Below, piece by piece: positions 1 to 10,840 of a stretch of DNA of 64,000 nucleotides (its first letter is position 1; the number at the start of each line of letters is the position of its first letter). Source of the stretch: Octopus sinensis (taxonomy: Eukaryota); the NCBI RefSeq assembly GCF_006345805.1, contig NC_042998.1, positions 24,800,001-24,864,000 on the forward strand. The letters are read 5' to 3'. The notes beneath the pieces are model-generated. The model was not told the DNA's origin. It worked only from the letters and a program-made list of their open reading frames with translations, and did no database searches. A program made the translations under genes and the position numbers.

Positions 1-117
1 CTCATGCAACCGGCAGTCTATCGCATGTGGTGGGGGGATCTTTAAGTTGCCACACGCATTCTTGGTAGCTTAGAGTAGGCTTGAATTAGAGATTATTCTT
101 TGTGGCTAATGGTTGAT

Positions 118-547
118 TGGAAGAAGAAGAAGAAGAAGAAGAAGAAGAAGGGGAGGAGGAGGGGAGGGGGAGAAGAAGGAGAAGGAGGGGAAGAAGGAGA
201 AGAAAGAGAAGAAGAAGAAAAAGGGGAAGAAGGAGAAGAAGGAGAAGAAGAAGAAGAAGAAGAAGGGGAGGAGGAGGAGGAGGAGGGGAGGGGGAGAAGA
301 AGAAGGAGGAGGAGAAGAAGAAGAAGAAGAAAGAGAAGAAGAAGAGGAAGAAGGAGAAGAAGAAGAAGAAGAAGGGGAGGAGGAGGAGGAGGAGAAGGAG
401 GAGAAGGAGAAGAAGAAGAAGGAGAAGAAGAAGAAGGGGAAGAAGGAGAAGGGGAAGAAGAAAAAGAAGAAGAAGAAGGAGAAGAAGAAGGAGAAGACAG
501 TAACAGCAGCAGCAGCTACAACAACAACAACAACAGCAACAACAACT
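118..547. repeat. Purine-rich (GAA/GGA)n low-complexity tract followed by (CAG)/(CAA)n
   Basis: Visible triplet repeats; they explain the poly-E/K/R ORFs in all frames. Confidence 0.95.
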
Positions 548-1161
548 TAACTGCATTGACAATCTCTTCATATATCCTGAATAAGAACAGCAAAAATCGA
601 AAATCCCTTATGCAATTGCTTTTCATCTTTAAGGGCATAAACTGAATTATAAATTTAGTAAAAATAATATTTTACTATTTATGATTTTTTTCATCACAAA
701 GAAAACTATATTAGAAATTTAATTATATGTCATGTCATACATTTTATTTATTTATTCATTTATTTATTTACAACTTTTCTTTTTTTGTCGGAGGAGACAT
801 GATGTAGAGTTGGTGTCTTAGTAATTTCTTAACAGTTGTCAAGTTAACACCAATATTTAAATTAGCATGCTCTGTAGGAATTACATTGCAATTTCTATGT
901 GACTTTCGACTGGTTTTTCTATTTTTTTTTTTTTTGGGAATCATGGTGATCAGTTAAATGACTTCCAGCTGGGCTACCCTTAGGGATCACTTCATGAGCA
1001 GTGACTTTCTCCCCCCCCCCACCCGTACACCATTATTCGCTTCAAAACAAAGTAACACAAACTTCAAAAAGATAGAAATTAATAGCTTGGACAAGTTCTT
1101 CTTTCTATACAAACATCTGGGAATTTTTTGTCAAACTTTTATCCTACCTACCACATATACT

Positions 1162-1462
1162 TTGGAGGCACATGGCCTAGTGGTTAGAGCAGTGGACTCA
1201 CAGTCGAGGGATTGCGGGTTCGAATCTCAGACTGGGTAATGTGTGTGTTTATGAGCGAAACACCTAAGCCCCATGTAGCTCCGGATGAAGGTAATAGCGA
1301 ACTTCTGTTGACTCTTTTGCTGCAACTTTCTCTCACTCTTTCCTCCTACATCTTGCAGCTCACCTGTGATGGACTGGCATCCTGTCCAGGTGGGCAACCT
1401 ATATGCTAAGGAAACCGGGAAACCGGCTCTAAGAGCCAGGCATGGCTCAAGAAGGAACAAAC
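1162..1462 (+). mobile_element. tRNA-derived SINE, head A / tail X
   Basis: A box TGGCCTAGTGG and B box GGTTCGAATC; homologous copies at 10464, 15996, 31613 and 63180. Confidence 0.85.
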
Positions 1463-1649
1463 CACATGTATTACTAATGTGCACATTACAAATATCATAC
1501 ACCTCTGACGAGCAGGCATGGTTATGTGGTTAACTCATTAACTTCCCTACTACATAGTTATGGGTTCAGACCCATTGCATAACACTTTGGGCAAGTGCCT
1601 TCCTAATTAGCCTCAAAAACTGACCAAAGCCTTGTGAGTGAATTTAAAA

Positions 1650-1908
1650 TAAAATAAATGCACCCTTTTGAAGCCTAGCCAGGCTCATGGGCCCGGTTTC
1701 CCAGTTTCTATGGCATATGTGTTCCCCAGCTGGACAGGACGCCAGTCCATTGCAGCGTTACTCATTTTTGCCAGCTGAGTGGACTGGAGCAACGTGAAAT
1801 CAAGTGTTTTGCTCAAGAACACAATGCGTCGCCTGGTCCAGGAATCGAAACCACATTCTTACAATCATGATGCTGACACCCTATCCACTTAGCCATGCGC
1901 CTCCACAT
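1650..1908 (-). mobile_element. tRNA-derived SINE, head B / tail Y
   Basis: Minus strand starts GTGGAGGCGCATGGCTAAGTGG, has B box GGTTTCGATTCC, then TTGTGTTCTTGAGCAAAACACTT; A/T tail; homologous to 28593-28842. Confidence 0.8.
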
Positions 1909-2922
1909 GTGTGAAAGTACTACAAGAAAACATTTTCTATGCTAAATAAAGGTATTGTAAAAACTCACGTATATGAAAGAGTGATTTGAAAAACAGTTGG
2001 GATTATCCTGGTAATTAGGGAACAAAATCTCCTAATATCAACAAGCATAAGAGATAATTCCAACAAGATAGCTGACATTCTCAACTCCCTTCATTTAGAC
2101 GACCTATTGTATCCATTCTTGTATGGAAGCATTTGCATGATTGATTGGCATGTTACAATTAGTTTGGCTGAAATTTACCTTTCCCCATTCTCGAAACTTC
2201 ATAACTGTCTCCCTTCTGTTACCAAATACCTTTAACAAATTACTGTTTGAATATTTCTCATCTGCTATTAAGGACATTTATTTCACCTTACCTTTGACTG
2301 ATGTTATCATTCTTAGTAAATTTGAATGCCTGTAATTTATCGTGGCTCTTGCACTCCCTCCACACTAACACCACTAAATGCAGTGGCTGGATCACCTGCA
2401 ATATTCTGACCTGTCTGTACCATTTAATATCTTCACCCATCTGAATTCTTGAAGGACCCACTGAGTCTCTGAAATTTCTTCATCGTTTTCTCACCTTTAA
2501 ATCCAGTGATTATACTGCCATCATTATCTCTGCCACATTAGATTATCTAATTACTATCTAATCAAAGCAACCCATTTTACATTCATTGGCTGCATAATAA
2601 CCCCTACCGCCATCCCGTCAAACCTCTGGCATTTCAGTTTAATCGAATGCCTTAATGTCTGCCAGTTCTTGAATGACTTCCTTTAGCAATAAATATGCTT
2701 TTCCTTCATTGGAGACACATGAGCAAGAGAACATTGTTAACTTCCTGGGTATATATTTCTACATCCTTCAAATTCTACAAACCTCAAAATGTTTTACAGG
2801 TAGTTTTCCTGCACTAGCACAGGTAAAGGTTGTACCTTAAGAAAATCATTCACCTTTACAAACTGTAATTCACCAGAACAATAATGTAAATAATGTACAA
2901 AATTCCACATCTCTTAAATATA

Positions 2923-3155
2923 TATTTCTTTACAACCCACAAGGGGCTAAACACAGAGGGGACAAACAAGAACAGACAAAGGGATTAAGTCGATTACATC
3001 GACCCCAGTGCGTAACTGGTACTTAATTTATTGACCCCGAAAGGATGAAAGGCAAAGTCGACCTCGGCGGAATTTGAACTCACAACGTAACGACAGACAA
3101 AATACGGCTATGAATTTCGCCCGGCATGCTAACGTTTCTACCAGCTCACCGCCTT
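2923..3155 (-). mobile_element. SINE family D with 13-bp TSD
   Basis: TCTCTTAAATATA is duplicated at 2910-2922 and 3156-3168; homologous to 17561, 18238 and 60161. Confidence 0.85.
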
Positions 3156-3175
3156 TCTCTTAAATATAGAACTGG

Positions 3176-3400
3176 CAATGTTTCTATAGCTGGATGCCCT
3201 TCCTACTGCCAACCACTCAGAGAGTGTAGTGGGTGTGTTTTTTATGTGTCACTGGCATGGGAACCAGTCAGATGGGCCTGGCATCGATCACATTCGGATA
3301 GTGCTTTTTACGTACCACCGGCACGAGAGCCAGTCAAGGGCTACTGGCATCAGCCATGTTTGGTTGGTGCCTTTTAGGTGCCACCGGCATGGGAGCCAGT
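3176..3400 (-). mobile_element. RTE 3'-end family E fragment
   Basis: GGATGCCCTTCCTA and GGTGCTTTT...GTGCCACCGGCA units as in 8928-9645. Confidence 0.75.
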
Positions 3401-3780
3401 CCAGTGCACCTTGTCATCTGCAAATATTAGCTGACTGATTCTACACCCATCACTTGCAATACCAGTTCCACTATGGCTGTGTATATCAATCAAGTTCCTA
3501 AAAAAATTATGAAAAGAAGTGACAATACACACCCCTGTCAAAATCTAATAATCATGTTGGTAAGTTTCAACTTAGCATCATTTACCTGAAGACAAACACC
3601 TGTGTATACATAAAGGGACTTCACGATAACCAGAAGTTACCCATTAAGCCCAAAGTCCTGCAAAACCCTCCCCAGCATGCCCTGTGGCATGCGGTCATAT
3701 GCCTTTCCAAGGTCTTAAAAAACAAATTTGCACCTCTTGACAGTATTCCCATGATATCTCTGTAACTGGTTTTCTCAAAA
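3400..3780 (-). pseudogene. Decayed RTE-type reverse transcriptase fragment
   Basis: Manual minus-strand translation across frameshifts gives DLGKAYDRMP, (R)QGCVLS-LLFIIF and ISQLIFADD, which are RT motifs. Confidence 0.75.
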
Positions 3781-3974
3781 TACGAAATAATTCCTTTTTT
3801 TTTATTCCATTTTAAAAAATTTTTCATTTTTAGTTACCATCATTTTTAACCGACAGAAATGAATAATTAACAGTGTGTTAGCAGTATTCACATGATTATT
3901 TGAAATGCATAGTTAATTCATGCACTATTAACTAATAATTAACTATGTGCTTAATTAGTAGAAAAAAAAGATAA

Positions 3975-5250
3975 AAACATTTAAAATGAAGGAATGAAAC
4001 CCAAGATAATGATTATGCTCTTGAATGCAAAACATCCAGAAAAAGTCGATAGGGGCTTAGATAATTTGGGGGATTTAAAACATAAATTTGGAAACCATTC
4101 AACAATTAAAACATTAGTTAAAATATTGGCGCAACATTTGAGGAAGGACTTATGGCATTGTATAGAGTCAAAGATTATTGTCAAATGTGGAAAGCACTAA
4201 AGTATTGCAGAGTCTCTTATCTTCTGTGAATTCATTTCTATTTCACTGAATAAGACTTCATTTTCTGATAAAATTGATGAAATGACAAATGCATTGAAAA
4301 TGAACTTTATGATATATTAAAAACAACTACATTTGTTTCTGATTTGATGAAATGATACTGTTACAACGAGGTTATACAACTGATCTATGTGCACTGTGTC
4401 AATAACAATTAAGAAATTATTGAAAAAAAAGCTTTTTGTTTTTTTTTTCATGCTGAACAGATGGTAACTGATGCAAAGAGGACAACAGTTTATAAGACTG
4501 CAGATGGATACCCTTCCTAACACCAACCACTCTGAGAGTGTAGTGGGGGCTTTTACGTACCACCGGCATGAGGGCCAGTCAGGCGGTACTGGCAACGGCC
4601 ATGCTCAAATGGTGCTTTTTACGTGCCACCTGCACAGAAGCCTGTCAAGCAGGCCTGGTATCAATCATGTTTGGATAGTGCTTTTCACGTGCCACTGGCA
4701 CAGGGGCCAGTCAGGCAGTCCTGCATCAATCGTGTTCGGATAGTGCTTTGTACCTCCATGATGATTGCTTTTCAACTAGGTATGATAAAGGTAATGCTAA
4801 CAACGGAAAAATATTTCCTTCTTTTTATGGATACAAGTATTGCAGAGTCTCTTATCTTCTGTGAATTCATTTCTATTTCACTGAATAAGACTTCATTTTC
4901 TGATAAAATTGATGATATGACAAATGGCATTGAAAATGAACAACTACATTTGTTTCTGATTTGATGAAATGATACTGTTACAATGAGGTTATACAACTGA
5001 TCTATGTGCACTGTGTCAATAACAATTAAGAAATTATTGAAAAAAAGCCTTTTGTTTTTTCTAATGGTGAATAAACGGTAACTGATGCAAAGAGGACAAT
5101 AGTTTATAAGACGGCAGGTAAAAAATTTTTCAATGATGAAGAAAATGTCTTACAAATGTTTGTTGAATTTTTAGGCGATAGCGTAATTCCATTAACTGGT
5201 CATCATTGTGGAGCTATAAACCATTTTGAAAAAGAACAGCAATTCCAACC
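3975..5250 (+). pseudogene. Decayed hAT (Buster/Charlie/SCAND3-like) transposase, partly duplicated
   Basis: Translation across stops and frameshifts: NEGMKPK...KHPEK...IIVKCGKH*SIAESLI...DKIDEMTN.IENELYDILKTTTF...VTDAK...FFNDEE...LTGHHCGAINHF. This is collinear with Buster-type motifs (MKPSKL, IAKSGKPHTIGEELI, RRIDEM, DGAPSMxGxxxG). Confidence 0.7.
4497..4760 (-). mobile_element. Family E fragment
   Basis: Tandem GTGCTTTT(T)ACGTGCCAC units. Confidence 0.8.
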
Positions 5251-5454
5251 TCCTCCTCCTACTCCTCCTCATGATGATGATGATCATCATCATCATCATC
5301 GTCGTTGTCGTCATCATCATCATCACCCCACCACCACTACTACTACCGCCATCACCACCACCACCACCACCACTGTCGCCACCACTATAAAAAGAAGTAA
5401 ATATTTTTCCATTGTTAGCGTTACCTTCATCATACCTAGTTGAAAAGCAATCAT

Positions 5455-5840
5455 CATGGAGGTACAAAGCACTATCCGAACATGATTGATGCAGGACTGC
5501 CTGACTGGCCCCTGTGCCAGTGGCACGTAAAAAGCACTATCCAAACGTGATTGATATCAGGCCCGCCTGACAGGCTCCTGTGCAGGTGGCACGTAAAAAG
5601 CACCATTTGAGCATGGCCGTTGCCACTACCGCCTGACTGGCCCTCATGCCGGTGGCACGTAAAAGCCAGAGTGGTTGGTGTTAGGAAGGCCACCCAGCTG
5701 TAGAAACATTGCCAGATCCGATTGGAGCCTGGTGCAGCCGCTGGCTCTGAAGATCCCAGTCAAACTGTCCAACATATGCCAGCATGGAAAATGGATGCTA
5801 AACGACGGCAATGATGATGATGATGATGGTGATGATGATG
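5455..5840 (+). mobile_element. Family E copy with (GAT)n tail
   Basis: Tandem units, then GGTTGGTGTTAGGAAGG...GCATGGAAAATGGATGCTAAACG and (GAT)n. Confidence 0.8.
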
Positions 5841-6700
5841 TCATAAAAGGGAGATACTTGAGGCTCTGCTTGTCAAACAACAAAATTTATGTATTTAAAC
5901 TAGCAGTATCTCATAGTTATTCTCAATTATCAAATAAACAAACTTTAGCTTAACTCAAATATGTTTGTGAGATATTTTTAACTTCTAAAAGCAATTTCAC
6001 TACAGTTTACAGTAGAGAAAAAAAAAAATTCTCACTTATGGTAACAGGTGTAAAAACACCTTACCTGAGCTGTGTAACCATTTAAATATTTCACAAACAT
6101 ATTTGAACTAACCGAAAGTTAGTTTATTTCTCATCTCTGCTTAGCACTAATGCTACTATATTAAATAATGTTTTTGAAATATAATAATTTATTGATTATC
6201 TGAAATTGTTTTGCATTTCACTTAATTTTAAAGGTAGCCAACTACTAATATAGGTGTTTCATTCATTAACACTAATTACAAAACTAATTACTATTATTAT
6301 TTTATTTAAAATCTAGACTCTAAATTGTATTCCTATTCATTGTTCTATTATTTTTATTAATATACACTAATGATATAAATCTAAACATAATTTCATTATG
6401 TAAGTAATCAGCTTCCATAATTTCCATAAAAATCTCACATAAGGGTACTAATCTTTTATCATTTATTTTCTATCTTTTACTTGTTTCAGTCATTTATGGC
6501 CATGCTGGGGCACCACCTTGAAGAATTTTAGTCAAATGCATTTTTTTGAAAACATGGCACTCATTCTATTATGGTCCCTTTTCCTGAACTGCTAAGTTAT
6601 GGGGACAAAAACACGATAAGACCAGTTGTCAAGCAGTGATGGGAAACAAAGACAGACAAAAAGACACACATATATATATGTGTACATAAATACATACATT

Positions 6701-6731
<31 letters not shown>

Positions 6732-6758
6732 CAAATTAGGGCAAAATCTATTGAAATT

Positions 6759-6799
<41 letters not shown>

Positions 6800-6937
6800 T
6801 ATGGGCAACACACACACGTACATACGTAAACCTATTGCATACATGTTTTTGTACACATACATGGAAAAAAAACAACAAAAGTCTTAACAAAAACTTACTC
6901 GTCACTAGATAGATCAAATTGAAAGACAGATTGATTA

Positions 6938-6952
6938 ATAGATAGATCGATC

Positions 6953-7002
<50 letters not shown>

Positions 7003-7007
7003 CAGAC

Positions 7008-7102
<95 letters not shown>

Positions 7103-7106
7103 CAGA
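6938..7106. repeat. (GATA)n microsatellite
   Basis: Directly visible. Confidence 0.95.
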
Positions 7107-7879
7107 CATGTATACATGCCCATTGTAACTGGCTATTCACAACTAGTTATTCAAATATTTCACATCCTTGATCATCTGCCTGGATATGAAGTGAGACCCG
7201 CACACAAACACACACCTGAACACACAAACACACACCTAAATACACACACACATATGTTGGTAGGTGATGGCAGAATTACTAAGGCATTGGGCTAGAATAA
7301 CATTATGTTCTGATTACTTCGCTTTATACTCATAATGAATTTGCATTTTATCTTCCAAGCTAAAACGCATGGAGGTTGTCTTCAACATGAAACTTAATCC
7401 AAAAGACGGAAACTAACCAGTAAATAGACCAATGGAATAAAAATAAAATACGAGTCAATTTAAGAACCATATTCTGAATTAATACCATTTCTCAAAGCTC
7501 TGTCAATATATTCTGAAATAAGCATAAAGAAAAAAATCCTATATAGCCATTGAATTGTATTCATTCGATGATAATGAAAAATATACATTTACTCTCAAAT
7601 TATTCCTTTCTCACAGAATACATTTGTGTGTGTGTGTGTGTGTGTTGAATGGGAAATAATCTAACGATGTTGGAGTGTTGAAGTGCATCTTCATTATAAG
7701 TTAATCAATGATTCTGATATCAGATTAGATGGTGATATTTTATTGTATTTAAGAAATAAGAAGAAATTTTATAGTTCAGCTATCAGGATAATCTATGTAG
7801 ACAGAGATTTTGCAGTGACCTGGCTTCCTGGCTTACAATCTCATACATCATATAACTAATAACATTACAAATTAAACCA

Positions 7880-7918
<39 letters not shown>

Positions 7919-7995
7919 TGTGTGTGTGTATGGAAGTATATGTGTGTATTTGTGTGTGTGCATATATATATATATATTTACATTTATAAATATAT

Positions 7996-8280
7996 CATCA
8001 TCATCATCGTTTAACGTTGGTTTTCCATGCTAGCATGGGTTGGACGGTTCGACCGGGGTCTGAGAAGCCACGAGGCTGCACCAGGCTCCAGTCTTATCTG
8101 GCAGTGTTTCTACAGCTGGATGCCCTTCCTAATGCCAACCACTCTGTGAGTGTAGTGGGTGCTTTTTACATGCCACTGGCACAGAAACCAGATGAGGCTG
8201 GCAAACAGCCACGATCGGTTGGTGCTTTTATGTGTCACCAACATGGACACTAGTCAGGCGGCACTGGCAAGTGTGCATCC
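7996..8280 (-). mobile_element. Family E copy
   Basis: (CAT)n, then GTTTAACG...CCATGCTAGCATGGGTTGGACGG and units. Confidence 0.8.
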
Positions 8281-8502
8281 CATTATATGTGTGTATTTGT
8301 GTGTGTGCATATATATATATATGTATACACACATACATACATACATACATATATATATATATATACAGACACACACACACATACAGACACACACACACAC
8401 ATATATATGTAGAAGGTTGAAAAGTAACATGAAAGTTGATATGCAAAAGGAAAATAAGACAAGGTAGAAAATGCTAAAATAATTTTATCATGAAAAACAT
8501 TT

Positions 8503-8538
8503 TAGTACTGGTTTCAGTCTTTTCAACTTTTTCAACTT
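8503..8538 (-). ncRNA. Degenerate minimal hammerhead-like motif, U3-A8 core variant
   Basis: Minus strand AG-UUGAAAA-AGUU(GAAAA)GACU-GAAAC-CA-GUA-CU; stem I is only about 2 bp. Confidence 0.35.
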
Positions 8539-8927
8539 AGAATAAAGCAAGAAAGGTAAATAAATTGTGGAAAAATAAAATGAAATGCTTTTTTAAAATA
8601 TTTCCATAGTCTTCAAACAGGTCGGACATTTTCCTTTTTACTGTCTCTCCCTCTTTTACCTACTTGGTAGGTAGGTGGTAGCAGAGCTGAAGGAATAGTT
8701 AATATGAGGGATGTTGGTTCTGGATTTTGGTTGTTTGAGCAGCAGCAGCAGCCAAGGAAGGAGAGAGCGACGAAGAAGAAGAAGAAGAGAGAGACAGAAA
8801 AAGGAAAATGTCCTAACTATTTGAAGACTATGGAAATATTTTTATTTCAATTAAATCTAACATTTTATTACTTGTTTTCTTTATTCAAAATTCGAACAGA
8901 ACTTCTGGGATGACCTGATATATATAT

Positions 8928-9610
8928 GTATCCGAACATGGCCGATGCCAGCACCGCCCTGACTGGCTTCTGTGCCGGTGACACATAAAAAGCACCATCT
9001 GAACGTGGCCGATGCCAGCACCACCTCGACTGGCTTCTGTGCCGGTGGCACATAAAAAGCACCAACTGATCGTGGGATCCTGGAACATTTCACTGTGCTT
9101 GGGAAGACCTGTTGAGTCAAGTGCATGTACATGAACATCGAACCAAATATCAATGGAAACAGTAGTTGTGATACCTGTGCCGGTGACACATAAAAAGCAC
9201 CATCCGAACGTGGCCGTTGCCAGTGCAGCCTCGACTGGCTTCTGTGCCGGTGGCACATAAAAAGCACCATCCGAACGTGACCGATGCCAACCCCGCCTCG
9301 AATGGCTTCTGTGCTGGTGGCACATAAAAAGCACCATCCGAACGTGGCCGATGCCAGCACCGCTCCGACTGGCTTCTGTGCCGGTGGCACATAAAAAGCA
9401 CCAACCGATCGTGGCCGATGCCAGACCCCTCTGGCACCTGTGCAGGTGGCACGTAAAAAGCACCCACTACACTTGTGGAGTGGTTGGCGTTAGGAAGGGC
9501 ATCCAGCTGTAGAAACACTGCCAGATCAGACTGGAGCCTGGAGCAGCCCCTGGCTCCCCAGACCCCGGTCGAACCGTCCAACCCGTGCTACCGCGGAAAA
9601 CGGACGTTAA

Positions 9611-9645
<35 letters not shown>
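8928..9645 (+). mobile_element. Family E: RTE-LINE 3' end with 67-bp tandem units and (GAT)n tail
   Basis: Units start at 9201, 9268, 9335 and 9402. CTGTGCTTGGGAAGAC near 9093 matches the RTE ORF end at about 52221. Confidence 0.85.
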
Positions 9646-9693
<48 letters not shown>

Positions 9694-9794
9694 GTTTTGT
9701 GTTATGCTAATAAACAGTTTAACGAAGGAAGGTTTATGTAATAGATGTGTTTCCTATCATATGTTATGCAAACTGTAAACGTACATATTAAATC

Positions 9795-10330
9795 ATTGTT
9801 TAATGTCTGCTTTCCATGCTGGCATGGGTTGGACGGTTTTATTGAGGACTGGTGAGCCAGAGGCTGCACCAGGCTCAATCTGATCTGGCAAAGTTTCTAA
9901 AGCTAGATGCCCTTCCTAACACCAACCACTCCGAGAGTATAGGGGGTGCTTTTTACATACCACTGGCATGAGGGCCAGTCAGGTGGTTCTGGCAACGACC
10001 ACACTCAAAAATATGTTTTTATGTGCTAACTGCATGGGAGTCAGTGCAGCGGTACTGGCAATGGCCACACTTTGAATGTTGTTTTTCACATGCCACTGGC
10101 ACATGTGCTGGTAAGGTGATGCTGGCAATGATCATGCTCAAATGGTGCTTTTCATGTGTCACCGGCACAGGAGCCAATCCGAAGCCCTGGCAACGATCAC
10201 GCTCACATGTGCTTTTAACATTCCACTAGCTCAAGTGCCAATCAGGCAGTACTGTCATTGGCAATGTCAGTGATTTTGATTTGTTTACACTTGGCTCAAT
10301 ACGTCTTCGCAAGCAAAGTTCATTGTCCAG
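9795..10330 (-). mobile_element. Family E copy (diverged)
   Basis: Same tail and repeated units in opposite orientation. Confidence 0.75.
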
Positions 10331-10396
10331 TGAATGAGGGGTACTCATAAATGATTTCAAAATATCACTGTTTGGTTTCATTCGAATATTGCAACT

Positions 10397-10450
<54 letters not shown>

Positions 10451-10463
10451 ATTTATGTATATG

Positions 10464-10840
10464 TGAGGTGCAGTGGCATCGTGATTAGAGCAATGGACTT
10501 ATGGTCATAGGACTGTGGTTTTTATTCTCAGTCCGGGGGTTGTGAGTGTTTATTGAGCGAAAACACCTAAAAGCTCCACGAGAGGCCAGCAGTGGGTGGT
10601 GGCGAACCCTGCTGTGCTCTTTCACCACAATTTCCTCTCACTCTTTTTTTCTGTTTCTGTTGTACCTGTATTTCAAAGGGCCAGCCTTGTCACACTCTGT
10701 CAGGCTGCATCTCCCCAAGAACTATATTAAGGGTACACATGTCTGTAGAGTGCTCATCCACTTGCCCTTTAATTTCATGAGCAGGCTGTTCCATTGATCA
10801 GATCAACTGGAACCCTTGTTGCAACCGATGGAGTGCCACA
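10464..10840 (+). mobile_element. SINE, head A with a third tail type
   Basis: Degenerate tRNA head plus TTTATTGAGCGAAAACACCTAAAAGCTCCA shared with head-A copies; the 3' half differs. Confidence 0.7.

Noticed and set aside
86-645. Long poly-E/K/R/L ORFs
   Set aside because: They are open in several frames only because of GAA/GGA repeats; there is no sign of real coding.
5885-6175. Degenerate inverted repeat as structured RNA
   Set aside because: The arms are AT-rich and poorly matched; most likely an old MITE whose boundaries I cannot define.
8928-9470. CRISPR-like array (palindromic repeat at regular spacing)
   Set aside because: The spacers are homologous to each other, the array is part of a dispersed retroelement, and there are no cas genes in this animal DNA.
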